From NCBI GenBank assembly GCA_964615175.1, contig CAZTOV010000005.1, positions 1 through 57,614 on the forward strand: a DNA stretch of 57,614 bases. Direction: 5' to 3'. The DNA comes from an uncultured Burkholderiales bacterium (GTDB lineage: Bacteria > Actinomycetota > Acidimicrobiia > IMCC26256 > JACPCJ01). The notes beneath the pieces were generated by a model. The model did not search any database. It had not been told where the DNA came from and saw only the letters and a program-made list of their open reading frames with translations. Positions 1 through 8,206 of the stretch are shown here, piece after piece (position 1 is the stretch's first letter; each line of letters begins with the position of its first letter). The position numbers and the translations under genes were made by a program.

Positions 1-70
1 CCTTGATCGCCATCTCGACGCCGGCGCAGAAACCACGCGGCTGGGCCAGGAGTACCTGCTCTACCTGCAC
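1..70 (-). CDS. ispH: 4-hydroxy-3-methylbut-2-enyl diphosphate reductase, N-terminal fragment running off the window
   Basis: Not in ORF track. Reverse complement from GTG at 70 reads MQVEQVLLAQPRGFCAGVEMAIK, the IspH LLAxPRGFCAGV motif; -10 TAACCT at 83-78. Confidence 0.9.
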   Translation of the reverse strand, partial: MQVEQVLLAQPRGFCAGVEMAIK

Positions 71-140
71 GCTCGCGAGGTTAGTGACACCCGGGCTCGC
101 GTCGAACCGGCCGACGAGACGGTGCGCCACACGCGATTCC

Positions 141-146
141 TACACT
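141..146 (+). promoter_or_regulatory. Putative -10 box (TACACT) for the DUF512-der operon
   Basis: TANNNT hexamer in the divergent intergenic region. Confidence 0.45.
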
Positions 147-184
147 GTCAGACGGAACGTGAACGAGGTCGTCCAGCGTATGGG

Positions 185-256
185 GCTCGGACGGCCAGGT
201 GTGGGGCAGGGGCCCCACACTCTGGAGGAGCCGACGAGATGTCGGCGGGACAAGAG
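185..256 (+). repeat. MIRU-like interspersed element, copy A
   Basis: Blocks of 12, 16 and 23 nt identical to 49182-49076 on the minus strand. Confidence 0.8.
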
Positions 257-1636
257 ATGGATTCTTCGGCCCGGGTCGTGGCCGTCGCCCCCGGTTCCCC
301 GGCCGACTCGGCAGGTGTGTCCGTGGGCGACGAACTGCTCGCCATCGATGGCGAGCCGCTTCGCGACGTCATCAAGTACCAGCTCCTCACCGACGAGCCG
401 CGGGTCGACCTCGAGCTGCGCACCGACGGCTTCGAGCGGGTCGTGAGCATCCGCAAGCAGGGGGGTGAGCCACTCGGGCTCGAGTTGGAGTCGGCGGTCT
501 TCGACCGGGTGCAGACGTGCGACAACCACTGCCCCTTCTGCTTCATCTACCAACTCCCCAAGGGCATGCGCCGGTCGCTGTACCTCAAGGACGACGACTT
601 CCGTCTGTCGTTCCTCTACGGCAACTTCACCACGCTGACCCGGTTCACCGAGGCCGACCTCGAACGGGTGGTGGAGGAGCGGCTGGGGCCGCTCTACGTG
701 TCGATTCACGCTACCGACCCCGAGGTCCGGGCCGCGATGTTGCGGAACCGGCGCGGCGCCACGAGCCTGCGGTGGCTGCGCCTCCTCCTCGACCACGGTG
801 TCGAGGTCCACGGCCAGGTGGTGGTCTGCCCTGGGATCAACGACGGCGAAATCCTGGACGACACGATGCTCGGGGTGCTCGACCGGTTTCCCGAGATCAG
901 CACCGTGGGAGTGGTTCCGGTGGGGGTCTCCGACCACAGCAACGAGCCCGACATCCGGCCGCTCACCCCCGATGAGGCCACCCGCACGGTCGAGACGATC
1001 GAGGCCTGGCAGGAGCGTTTCCGCTCCGCGCAGGGTCGCCGTGTCGTGTTCGCCTCCGACGAGCTGTACCTCCTCGCCGGGCGCCGGTTCCCCGATCTCG
1101 ACAGCTACGAAGGCCTCCCGCAGCACGAGAACGGGATCGGGATGGCCCGCGCCCTCGAGCACGACGTGCGTGCCCGCTTGGCGGGGGAGGACGTCGAGGG
1201 TCACGCCCCCGAGGAGGGTTTCTTCGCCTGGGTCGACCGGGCCCGCCCGGACGGGTACCGGGCGCCCGGCGGCGAGCAGCCCGTCCGGATCGGTCCCGGT
1301 CGTGACGCGCCCGTGGGGATCATCACCGGTGAATACGGCGCCCGGGTGCTCGCACCCCTGCTCGACGACCTGTCGCACCACGCGGGCGTTCCGGTACGGA
1401 CGGTTCCCGTGAGCAACCGGTTCTTCGGGGGCAACATCGCGGTGACCGGTCTGCTCAGCGCGGCCGATGTGGCCGCCACCCTCGCCGCCGAGCCGGCCGG
1501 CGACCGGTACCTGCTGCCCGACGTGGTGCTCTCGCGGAACCGGTTCCTCGACGAGGGCGAGGTCCTCGACCTGCCCCATCCCGTCGAAGTCGTCCGCACC
1601 GACGGCGCCTCGCTCGTCGACGCGCTCGCCCGGTAG
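239..1636 (+). CDS. PDZ + DUF512 radical SAM Fe-S protein
   Basis: N-terminal PDZ-like VAPGSPA...GDELLAIDG, CDNHCPFC (CxxxCxxC), LYLKDDDFRLSFLYGN; GGAGG before ATG 239, alternative start 257. Confidence 0.88.
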   Translation: MSAGQEMDSSARVVAVAPGSPADSAGVSVGDELLAIDGEPLRDVIKYQLLTDEPRVDLELRTDGFERVVSIRKQGGEPLGLELESAVFDRVQTCDNHCPFCFIYQLPKGMRRSLYLKDDDFRLSFLYGNFTTLTRFTEADLERVVEERLGPLYVSIHATDPEVRAAMLRNRRGATSLRWLRLLLDHGVEVHGQVVVCPGINDGEILDDTMLGVLDRFPEISTVGVVPVGVSDHSNEPDIRPLTPDEATRTVETIEAWQERFRSAQGRRVVFASDELYLLAGRRFPDLDSYEGLPQHENGIGMARALEHDVRARLAGEDVEGHAPEEGFFAWVDRARPDGYRAPGGEQPVRIGPGRDAPVGIITGEYGARVLAPLLDDLSHHAGVPVRTVPVSNRFFGGNIAVTGLLSAADVAATLAAEPAGDRYLLPDVVLSRNRFLDEGEVLDLPHPVEVVRTDGASLVDALAR

Positions 1637-1657
1637 CGGCGGGAACGAAGGACCGCC

Positions 1658-2977
1658 ATGAGCACCCTGCCGCTGGTCGCCGTCGTCGGCCGCCCCAACG
1701 TGGGCAAGTCGACCCTCGTGAACCGCATCGTGGGTCGGCGAGAGGCGATCGTCGAGGAACAGTCCGGGGTCACCCGTGACCGCAAGGAGTTCGAAGTCGA
1801 GGCTCGCGGTCGCCGGTTCCGCATCATCGATACCGGCGGCTGGCTGACCGAACGGGAAGGCCTCGTGGGCAAGGTCAGCGCCCAGGCCGAGCGCGCCATG
1901 GACGAGGCCGACATCCTGGTGATGGTCGTCGATGTCGCGACCGGCGTGATCGACGAGGACCAGCACGTGGCCCGCATCCTCAAGCGGTCGGAGAAACCCG
2001 TGCTGCTCGTGGTCAACAAGGTCGACAACGAAGGGCGCGAGTACGAGATCTGGGACGCCGTGAACCTCGGGGTCGGCGATCCCATCGCGGTCTCCGCCAT
2101 GCACGATCGGGGCACGCACGAGCTGTTGGACGCACTGGCGGGCCTTCTCCCGGACCCGGAGCCGGAGGCCGAGCAGGCCGCCGACGACGAGCACGGCGCC
2201 TTCGCGGTGGCGATCGCGGGGAGGCCCAACGTCGGCAAGTCGACCCTGTTCAACCGACTGGTCGGCGAGGAGCGGGCCATCGTCCACGACGAGCCGGGGA
2301 CGACCCGCGACGCCATCGACACCATCGTCGAGACGGAGGAGGGGCCGATCCGGTTCGTCGACACGGCCGGCATGCGCAGGCGGAGCCGGGTCGACGAGTC
2401 GACCGAGTACTACGGGCTCGTCCGCTCGCTCCGCGCGGTGGACCGCGCCGACGCGGTGCTGCTGGTCATCGACGCCACCGAAGGGGTGACCCACCAGGAC
2501 CAGCGACTGGCCGAGCGCATCGACGGCGCCGGATGCGCCGTGACCGTGCTGCTGAACAAATGGGACCTCGCCGGCGAGGAGCAGCGTCGACGTGTGATGT
2601 GGGAGGTGGCCGACCGGCTGGTGTTCCTCGGGTACTCGCCGGTGCTCCGCATCTCGGCGCTCACGGGGCGCAACACGAGCAAGATCCTGCCCGCGCTGTT
2701 GCAGGCGCGCGAGGAGTACCACCGCCGAGTGCCGACGTCGGCGCTCAACCGGGTGCTCCAGGAGGCACAGCAGGCCCACCCGGCTCCGACCCAGGGCCGG
2801 ACCCGCCCGCGAGTGCTTTACGGCACCCAGGGTGCGGTCGACCCGCCCACCTTCACCCTCTTTGCCAACAAGAAGCTGCCCGCGCCCTACCTCCGGTACC
2901 TCGAGCGCAGCATCCGCGAGGCCTTCGACTTCGGCGCCACCCCCCTGAAGGTGCGCGTCCGCCGCCGCGGAGGTTGA
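1658..2977 (+). CDS. der: Ribosome biogenesis GTPase Der (EngA)
   Basis: Two tandem G domains (GRPNVGKS twice, DTGG/DTAG, NKVD/NKWD) and a KH-like C-terminus. Confidence 0.97.
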   Translation: MSTLPLVAVVGRPNVGKSTLVNRIVGRREAIVEEQSGVTRDRKEFEVEARGRRFRIIDTGGWLTEREGLVGKVSAQAERAMDEADILVMVVDVATGVIDEDQHVARILKRSEKPVLLVVNKVDNEGREYEIWDAVNLGVGDPIAVSAMHDRGTHELLDALAGLLPDPEPEAEQAADDEHGAFAVAIAGRPNVGKSTLFNRLVGEERAIVHDEPGTTRDAIDTIVETEEGPIRFVDTAGMRRRSRVDESTEYYGLVRSLRAVDRADAVLLVIDATEGVTHQDQRLAERIDGAGCAVTVLLNKWDLAGEEQRRRVMWEVADRLVFLGYSPVLRISALTGRNTSKILPALLQAREEYHRRVPTSALNRVLQEAQQAHPAPTQGRTRPRVLYGTQGAVDPPTFTLFANKKLPAPYLRYLERSIREAFDFGATPLKVRVRRRGG

Positions 2978-2986
2978 CCCGCCCCT

Positions 2987-3035
2987 GTTCTTGACTGTGG
3001 ATTGCCCGCACAGCGGGCAATCCACAGTCAAGAAC
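2987..3035. repeat. REP-like palindrome, family 1, copy 1 (possible terminator)
   Basis: Perfect 23-bp stem GTTCTTGACTGTGGATTGCCCGC, loop ACA; homologous to 27636-27698. Confidence 0.9.
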
Positions 3036-3064
3036 CAGAACGAAGGCGCCGGTACGCTTGACCC

Positions 3065-3988
3065 ATGCGCGAACTCCCTGAGCGGGCGGCGATCCGCGAG
3101 GTCGGCCCCCGCGACGGACTCCAGAACGAAGACCCGGTCCCGGTCGATGCCCGGGTGCGGTTGGTCGACGCCCTGAGTCGTACGGGCCTCACCCACATCG
3201 AAGCCGGGGCCTTCGTGCACCCGAAGGCGATCCCGGCGATGGCCGGATCCGACGAGGTGTTCGCCCGCATCGCCCGGGTGGAAGGCGTGCGCTACACGGC
3301 GCTCGTGCCGAACGCCCGCGGAGCGGAGCTGGGTCTCGCCGCCGACGCGGATGCGCTCGAGGTGGTGGTGTCGGCGTCGGAGACCCACAACCGCAAGAAC
3401 GTGAATCGGACGGTCGACGAGTCGGTCGCCGAGATCGACACGGTCGCCGGTCTCGCGCGGGAGGCGGGCAGTCCGGTGGAGGCGGTCATCTCCACCGCGT
3501 ACGGCTGCCCCTACGAGGGAGATGTGCAGCCGTCGCGCGTGGCGGCGCTGGCCGCCCGCCTCCGCGATGGCTGCGGTGTCGAGAGCATCTGTCTGGGCGA
3601 CACCACGGGGATGGCGACGCCGCGACGGGTCGACGAGGTCTTCGACGCCCTCCAGGAGGAGGGTTTCGCCGCGGCCGACGTCCGGCTCCACTTCCACGAC
3701 ACCCGCGGATCGGGGCTCGCCAACGCCCTCGGAGCGCTCGAACGGGGCGCCTGGAAGTTCGACGCCTCGGTCGGTGGGCTCGGTGGCTGCCCGTACGCAC
3801 CGGGCGCGAGCGGGAACATCGCCACCGAGGATCTGGTCCACATGCTCCACGACATGGGGGTCGACACCGGGGTCGATCTCGATGTCCTGATCGAGTGCGC
3901 GCTGCTGGCCGAGGAGATCGTCGGCCGCAAGCTTCCCGGGCAGGTCATGCGGGCCGGGCCCCGCTCCCGGCTGGCAGCGGCGTCGTAG
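3065..3988 (+). CDS. Hydroxymethylglutaryl-CoA lyase
   Basis: EVGPRDGLQNE, HFHDTRG and GGLGGCPYAPGASGNIATED motifs. Confidence 0.95.
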   Translation: MRELPERAAIREVGPRDGLQNEDPVPVDARVRLVDALSRTGLTHIEAGAFVHPKAIPAMAGSDEVFARIARVEGVRYTALVPNARGAELGLAADADALEVVVSASETHNRKNVNRTVDESVAEIDTVAGLAREAGSPVEAVISTAYGCPYEGDVQPSRVAALAARLRDGCGVESICLGDTTGMATPRRVDEVFDALQEEGFAAADVRLHFHDTRGSGLANALGALERGAWKFDASVGGLGGCPYAPGASGNIATEDLVHMLHDMGVDTGVDLDVLIECALLAEEIVGRKLPGQVMRAGPRSRLAAAS

Positions 3989-4004
3989 GGACGGGAGGCG
4001 CAGC

Positions 4005-5531
4005 GTGAGCGACGAGCGGATCCAGGAGGCCAGGGAGCGGGCCCTCGACGGGAACCTGCAGAAGTACGGCGACAAGCTCAAGGAGCAGAACAAGCTCTTC
4101 GTCCGCGAGCGCCTGAAGCTCCTCCTCGACGAGGAACCGGTGGAGGATGGTCTGCTGGCCAACGCCCTCGCCGGCGACCTTCCCGCCGACGGGGTGGTCA
4201 CCGGGATCGGCAAAATCGACGGGCGACCGGTCTGCGTGATGGCGAACGACCCCACGGTCAAGGCCGGATCGTGGGGGGCGCGCACCGTCGAGAAGATCGT
4301 CCGCATCACCGAGGTGGCGCTCCGCGACGAACTGCCGATCGTGTACCTCGTCGACTCGGCCGGGGCCCGCATCACCGACCAGGTCGAACTGTTCCCCGGC
4401 CGCCGGGGCGCCGGCCGCATCTTCGCCAACGAGGTGCGCCTCTCCGGCAAGGTTCCCCAGGTGTGTTGCCTCTTCGGCCCGTCGGCCGCGGGCGGCGCGT
4501 ACATCCCCGCCTTCTGCGACGCGGTGTTCATGGTCGACGGCAACGCCTCGATGTACCTCGGATCCCCACGCATGGCCCAGATGGTCATCGGCGAGGACGT
4601 CACGCTCGAGGAGATGGGTGGAGCGAAGATGCACACCACGGTCAGCGGCTGTGGTGACAACCTGGCGGTGGACGACGCCGAGGCGATCGAGATGGCCCGC
4701 CGCTACCTCTCGTACCTGCCGGGCAACTGGCGGGAGCGGCCGCCGTCGGTCGAGCCCCGACCGACGACGTCGCAGGCGGCGCCCATCGGCGAGGTCGTAC
4801 CCGCCGACCCGCGTCGCGGCTACGACATGCACACGGTGCTCGACGGACTCGTCGACGAGGGGAGCTTGTTCGAGCTGAAGCCGGCGTGGGCGCGGGAGCT
4901 GATCATCGGGTTCGCCCGCCTCGACGGCGAGGTCGTCGGCATCGTCGCCAACAACCCCAAGCACCTCGGCGGCGTGCTGTTCGTCGACTCGGCCGACAAG
5001 GCGGCGCGGTTCATCTGGCTCTGCGACGCGTTCAACGTGCCCCTGGTGTTCCTCGCCGACGTGCCCGGGTTCATGATCGGCACCCAGGTCGAGCGTGACG
5101 GGATCATCCGTCACGGCGCCAAGATGATCAGCGCCGTGACCGAGGCGACCGTGCCGAAGATCTCGGTGATCGTGCGCAAGGCGTACGGGGCTGGGCTCTA
5201 TGCCATGTGTGGACCCGCCTTCGACCCGGAGGCCTGCATCGCCCTCCCCACCGCCCAGATCGCGGTGATGGGCCCGGAGGCCGCCGTCAACGCGGTCTAC
5301 TTCAACAAGATCCAGGCCATCGACGACGAGGCCGAGCGGGCAGCGTACGTGGAGGAGCTCCAGCGCGACTACGAGGCCGACATCGACATCCTCCACCTGG
5401 CCTCGGAACTCGTGATCGACGCCATCGTGCAGCCCGAGAGCCTGCGGGAGGAGCTGATCACCCGGTTCGAGGCCGCGCGGGGCCGCCGCCGTGAGGACTT
5501 CGACCGTCGACACGGCGTCCCGCCGGTGTAG
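4005..5531 (+). CDS. Acyl-CoA carboxylase carboxyltransferase (beta) subunit, MccB/YngE-like
   Basis: DSAGARITDQ, GPSAAGGAY, DVPGFMIG, RKAYGAGLYAM. Confidence 0.93.
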   Translation: MSDERIQEARERALDGNLQKYGDKLKEQNKLFVRERLKLLLDEEPVEDGLLANALAGDLPADGVVTGIGKIDGRPVCVMANDPTVKAGSWGARTVEKIVRITEVALRDELPIVYLVDSAGARITDQVELFPGRRGAGRIFANEVRLSGKVPQVCCLFGPSAAGGAYIPAFCDAVFMVDGNASMYLGSPRMAQMVIGEDVTLEEMGGAKMHTTVSGCGDNLAVDDAEAIEMARRYLSYLPGNWRERPPSVEPRPTTSQAAPIGEVVPADPRRGYDMHTVLDGLVDEGSLFELKPAWARELIIGFARLDGEVVGIVANNPKHLGGVLFVDSADKAARFIWLCDAFNVPLVFLADVPGFMIGTQVERDGIIRHGAKMISAVTEATVPKISVIVRKAYGAGLYAMCGPAFDPEACIALPTAQIAVMGPEAAVNAVYFNKIQAIDDEAERAAYVEELQRDYEADIDILHLASELVIDAIVQPESLREELITRFEAARGRRREDFDRRHGVPPV

Positions 5532-5542
5532 GGACCTCCCCG

Positions 5543-5779
5543 ATGCCCTGGTGTGACACCTGTTCCGAGTACCGGGCCCCGTCGGGGGTGCGCTCGGACG
5601 GGACCTGCCCGACGTGTGGCGACGCCGTCGACCCCGGCGGCACGAAGCTCAAGGTGCGGGAGGGCGACGACCGCCTACCACCGGTGCCGTGGCACCTGAA
5701 GTTCCTCTTCGTCGCCGCCGCCGGCTACCTGGGGCTCCGTGCCTGGCAGGGCATCGAGCTGCTCATCGACAAGCTCTGA
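5543..5779 (+). CDS. Small zinc-ribbon membrane protein, hypothetical
   Basis: CDTC...CPTC plus a C-terminal hydrophobic helix; 11 nt after the upstream stop. Confidence 0.7.
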   Translation: MPWCDTCSEYRAPSGVRSDGTCPTCGDAVDPGGTKLKVREGDDRLPPVPWHLKFLFVAAAGYLGLRAWQGIELLIDKL

Positions 5780-5788
5780 ACGTCGCCC

Positions 5789-6298
5789 TCACCCGACCGG
5801 CGCGCTCAGGTCGGGAACCCGGGCGTGGATCTCGTAACGGGCCGAGCCGTCCTGCTCGAAGAACTGGCCCTCCCAAACACCCATCACACGGTTGAGCCAT
5901 GCGTGGCCGACGGATTCGGTCGCGAAGCGGATCGCGCCGGTGAGGGTCCAGCGGACCGCCGGCTTCGCGATGCGGAGCCCGAATCCCTGCACGTCGAACT
6001 GGATGCGAGCACCGTCGTCGGACTGGATGACGCCCCCCGGGGTGACCCGACACACGTGGTCGTCGAGATCATCGAGTGACGTGCCGAGGTCGTCGAGGAA
6101 TCCCGGATCCATCGGGCATTCGGCCGAATACATCGAGAACCGCAGGCTTCCGTTGAGGTGCGCACCCCGCACCGTTCCCTCGCCGCTCCCCAGGAGGACG
6201 CCGTCGCGGTCGCGTGCGGGCACGACGACCGGCGCGTCGGGGTGAGCCTGCCACTCCATGGCCCCGATGGGAACGAGGCGCTGCTCACTGGTCTGCAC
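5789..6298 (-). CDS. Hypothetical protein, DUF3237-like
   Basis: GTVRG..LNG, IQSDDGARI and RFATES...AWLNRV resemble DUF3237; overlaps the end of the upstream gene. Confidence 0.6.
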   Translation of the reverse strand: MQTSEQRLVPIGAMEWQAHPDAPVVVPARDRDGVLLGSGEGTVRGAHLNGSLRFSMYSAECPMDPGFLDDLGTSLDDLDDHVCRVTPGGVIQSDDGARIQFDVQGFGLRIAKPAVRWTLTGAIRFATESVGHAWLNRVMGVWEGQFFEQDGSARYEIHARVPDLSAPVG

Positions 6299-6611
6299 GG
6301 CGTATCTCCTTCACGATTACGTTGCGGATCTGGTCGGAGGTCGGGGCTCCTCCCGGGCCGTCGGGGGTGTCGTAGATCCGGCACGACAATCCACCGTCGG
6401 CCGGTTGCGGGGCAGACCCCGGAGCGACGAACGGGTCGTGGCCGTCGATGAGGATCGTCGGCGACCCGTGGAAGGTGGGCTCCGGGGCCGACACCCGGCG
6501 GATGATGAACTCCTCGGGCTCGACGCCGAGCTCGGCGAGTACGCCGTCGAGGCGGTTCGCCGCCTCCATCCAGTTCGGGCACTCGCCGATGCGGAGCAGC
6601 TCGATGCGCAT
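6285..6611 (-). CDS. Thioredoxin-like protein of the type found beside MerR/MerB genes
   Basis: MRIELL..ECPNW, FHGSPTILIDGHDPF, SCRIY. Confidence 0.8.
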   Translation of the reverse strand: MRIELLRIGECPNWMEAANRLDGVLAELGVEPEEFIIRRVSAPEPTFHGSPTILIDGHDPFVAPGSAPQPADGGLSCRIYDTPDGPGGAPTSDQIRNVIVKEIRRADQ

Positions 6612-6721
6612 CAGGGGCGCGCCGGGAAGCGATAGCCCATGCGATGTTCGACGGCGCCGACCGGACGGACGAACGGCCCGAGGGAACCGACGTGCCATCG
6701 CGCCGAAGACCGAAGCTCCAT
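6611..6721 (-). CDS. Possible leaderless 36-aa peptide
   Basis: ATG 6 nt after -10 TACGGT; stop overlaps the next ATG (TGATG). Confidence 0.35.
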   Translation of the reverse strand: MELRSSARWHVGSLGPFVRPVGAVEHRMGYRFPARP

Positions 6722-6727
6722 GCCAGG

Positions 6728-6759
6728 ACCGTAGACCTTCCAGTAAACTGGAAGGTCAA
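6728..6759 (-). promoter_or_regulatory. MerR-type promoter/operator
   Basis: TTGACC, 20-nt spacer, TACGGT; perfect dyad GACCTTCCAGT-AA-ACTGGAAGGTC at 6734-6757. Confidence 0.9.
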
Positions 6760-6778
6760 GCAGCAGGGGAGGGGACGG

Positions 6779-7180
6779 ATGCGCATCGGCGAGGTGGCCG
6801 ATCACACGGGTGTGTCGCCGAAGACGATCCGGTACTACGAATCGATCGGCCTGCTGCCGGAGCCGCCCCGGACGAGTTCCGGGTACCGGGACTACGGCGG
6901 GGGCGCCATCACGCGTCTCGAGTTCGTCCGTTCGGCCCAGGGGGCCGGCTTGACCCTGAAGGAGATCAGGGGAGTGCTGGCCGTTCGCGAGTCGGGGGAG
7001 TCGCCGTGCGACCACGTGAAGGAGGTCCTCGCCTCGAGGGTGAGGGAAGTGGAGAGTCGCATCGAGGAACTCGAAGCGACGCGGCGCGAACTTCGCCGGC
7101 TGGCCCGTCGGGCGGAACGCCTCGATCCGGCCGACTGTGGCGAGGGCGAGATCTGCCACATCCTCGCCGGCGAGGACTGA
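6779..7180 (+). CDS. Heavy-metal-responsive MerR-family regulator
   Basis: MRIGEVA...KTIRYYESIGLL...GYRDY HTH; three Cys (SPCDH, DC...IC). Confidence 0.93.
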   Translation: MRIGEVADHTGVSPKTIRYYESIGLLPEPPRTSSGYRDYGGGAITRLEFVRSAQGAGLTLKEIRGVLAVRESGESPCDHVKEVLASRVREVESRIEELEATRRELRRLARRAERLDPADCGEGEICHILAGED

Positions 7181-7276
7181 GGAGGGGCGCGGCCAGATAC
7201 CTCTGTCTCGGACAGGCTCTGGCCGGGGGTCGGGCGTTTAGACTCGCACCCTCTTCACCCCTCACGGGGTGAACCC

Positions 7277-7304
7277 TCACAAGATCACAAGATCACAAGA
7301 TCAC
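7277..7304 (+). repeat. Tandem repeat (TCACAAGA) x3.5 in the tRNA leader
   Basis: Read directly. Confidence 0.9.
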
Positions 7305-7378
7305 GGGCTGTGGCGCAGCTTGGTTAGCGCGTTGGTCTGGGGGACCAAAGGTCCCGGGTTCAAATCCCGGCAGCCCGA
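7304..7378 (+). tRNA. tRNA-Pro(GGG)
   Basis: Acceptor CGGGCTG/CAGCCCG-A, D-loop AGCTTGGTTA, anticodon arm TTGGT-CTGGGGG-ACCAA, T-loop GTTCAAATC; CCA not encoded. Confidence 0.97.
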
Positions 7379-7394
7379 CTGAGAACTCCCGGTG

Positions 7395-7418
7395 ACCGGC
7401 GACCTTCGGTCAGCCGGT
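7395..7418. terminator. Hairpin between the convergent tRNA and RDD genes
   Basis: ACCGGCGACC-TTC-GGTC(A)GCCGGT. Confidence 0.45.
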
Positions 7419-7976
7419 GCGGATGACGGCGGTGCCGCCGGCCCAGTTGTCGTGCACGCCCCGGCGGGCCGGGTCGCTGCTGATCGAAATGGCGATCCAG
7501 ATGGCGACGGCCAGGCTGACCAGGCCCCCGATGAACGGGATGATGCCGACCAGTACCCAGGCGTTACGGGTGAACGCCTCCTGTTGGGTCGGGTTTCCCC
7601 CTTGGACCCCGACGGTCCGCAGGTTCAGCACCTGCTTGCCGAGAGTCTGGCCTCGCGACGACTCCAGGTACACGAAGTACCCGACGTAGATGGCGCTGCC
7701 GAGCAGGCCGAAGAGGAGCGACGCTCCGGCGCTCCCTGCGATGTCGGCGCCGACGACAGCGAGGATGATCCAGAACGGCACGGCCAGGAGCAGGCCGTCG
7801 ATGATGCGGGCTCCGAAGCGGATGCCGGCACTTGCGGGCTGGCCGGCCGCAGGAGGCCCGGGAGGCGGCGCCGCGCCCGGCTGTGGGGTACCGGGAGGGC
7901 CCGGCGGCGGCGGGGGCGCCCCCGGCTCGGATCCTGACTCCGGACGGGGTTCGGATCCTTGATCGTGCTCAGTCAT
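7410..7976 (-). CDS. RDD family membrane protein with Pro-rich N-terminus
   Basis: RFGARIIDG, GQTLGKQVLNLR, RGVHDNWAGGT; RBS GAGAGGA. Confidence 0.92.
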   Translation of the reverse strand: MTEHDQGSEPRPESGSEPGAPPPPPGPPGTPQPGAAPPPGPPAAGQPASAGIRFGARIIDGLLLAVPFWIILAVVGADIAGSAGASLLFGLLGSAIYVGYFVYLESSRGQTLGKQVLNLRTVGVQGGNPTQQEAFTRNAWVLVGIIPFIGGLVSLAVAIWIAISISSDPARRGVHDNWAGGTAVIRTG

Positions 7977-8206
7977 GGCGGTCCTCTCGCGTGTGTTCCG
8001 TACGTCTTCGGTCAGGCTACCGACGTGTGCGGCCGACGAATCACGAGATGCCGGTTCTGAAGGTCCACGGGCACGTCGGACGCGGCGCTGGCCTGGGCGA
8101 ACCTGCGGGGGATCCACTCGGTTGCGTCGTCGCGATCCGAATCCGCATCCGTGCGCACGAAGTGGCTCGACGGGCGGTGCCGGAGTGAAGTGCGCGAACG
8201 TGTCGC

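Noticed and set aside
150-238. Known riboswitch in the DUF512 leader
   Set aside because: No recognisable aptamer consensus; the hairpins belong to the dispersed repeat
140-4660. 1506-aa minus-strand ORF (similarly 32994-35489, 39497-42091, 22517-24496)
   Set aside because: Antisense shadows of well-supported genes in high-GC DNA; no recognisable motifs
7304-7420. Island integrated at tRNA-Pro
   Set aside because: No integrase and no duplicated tRNA 3' end seen in the window
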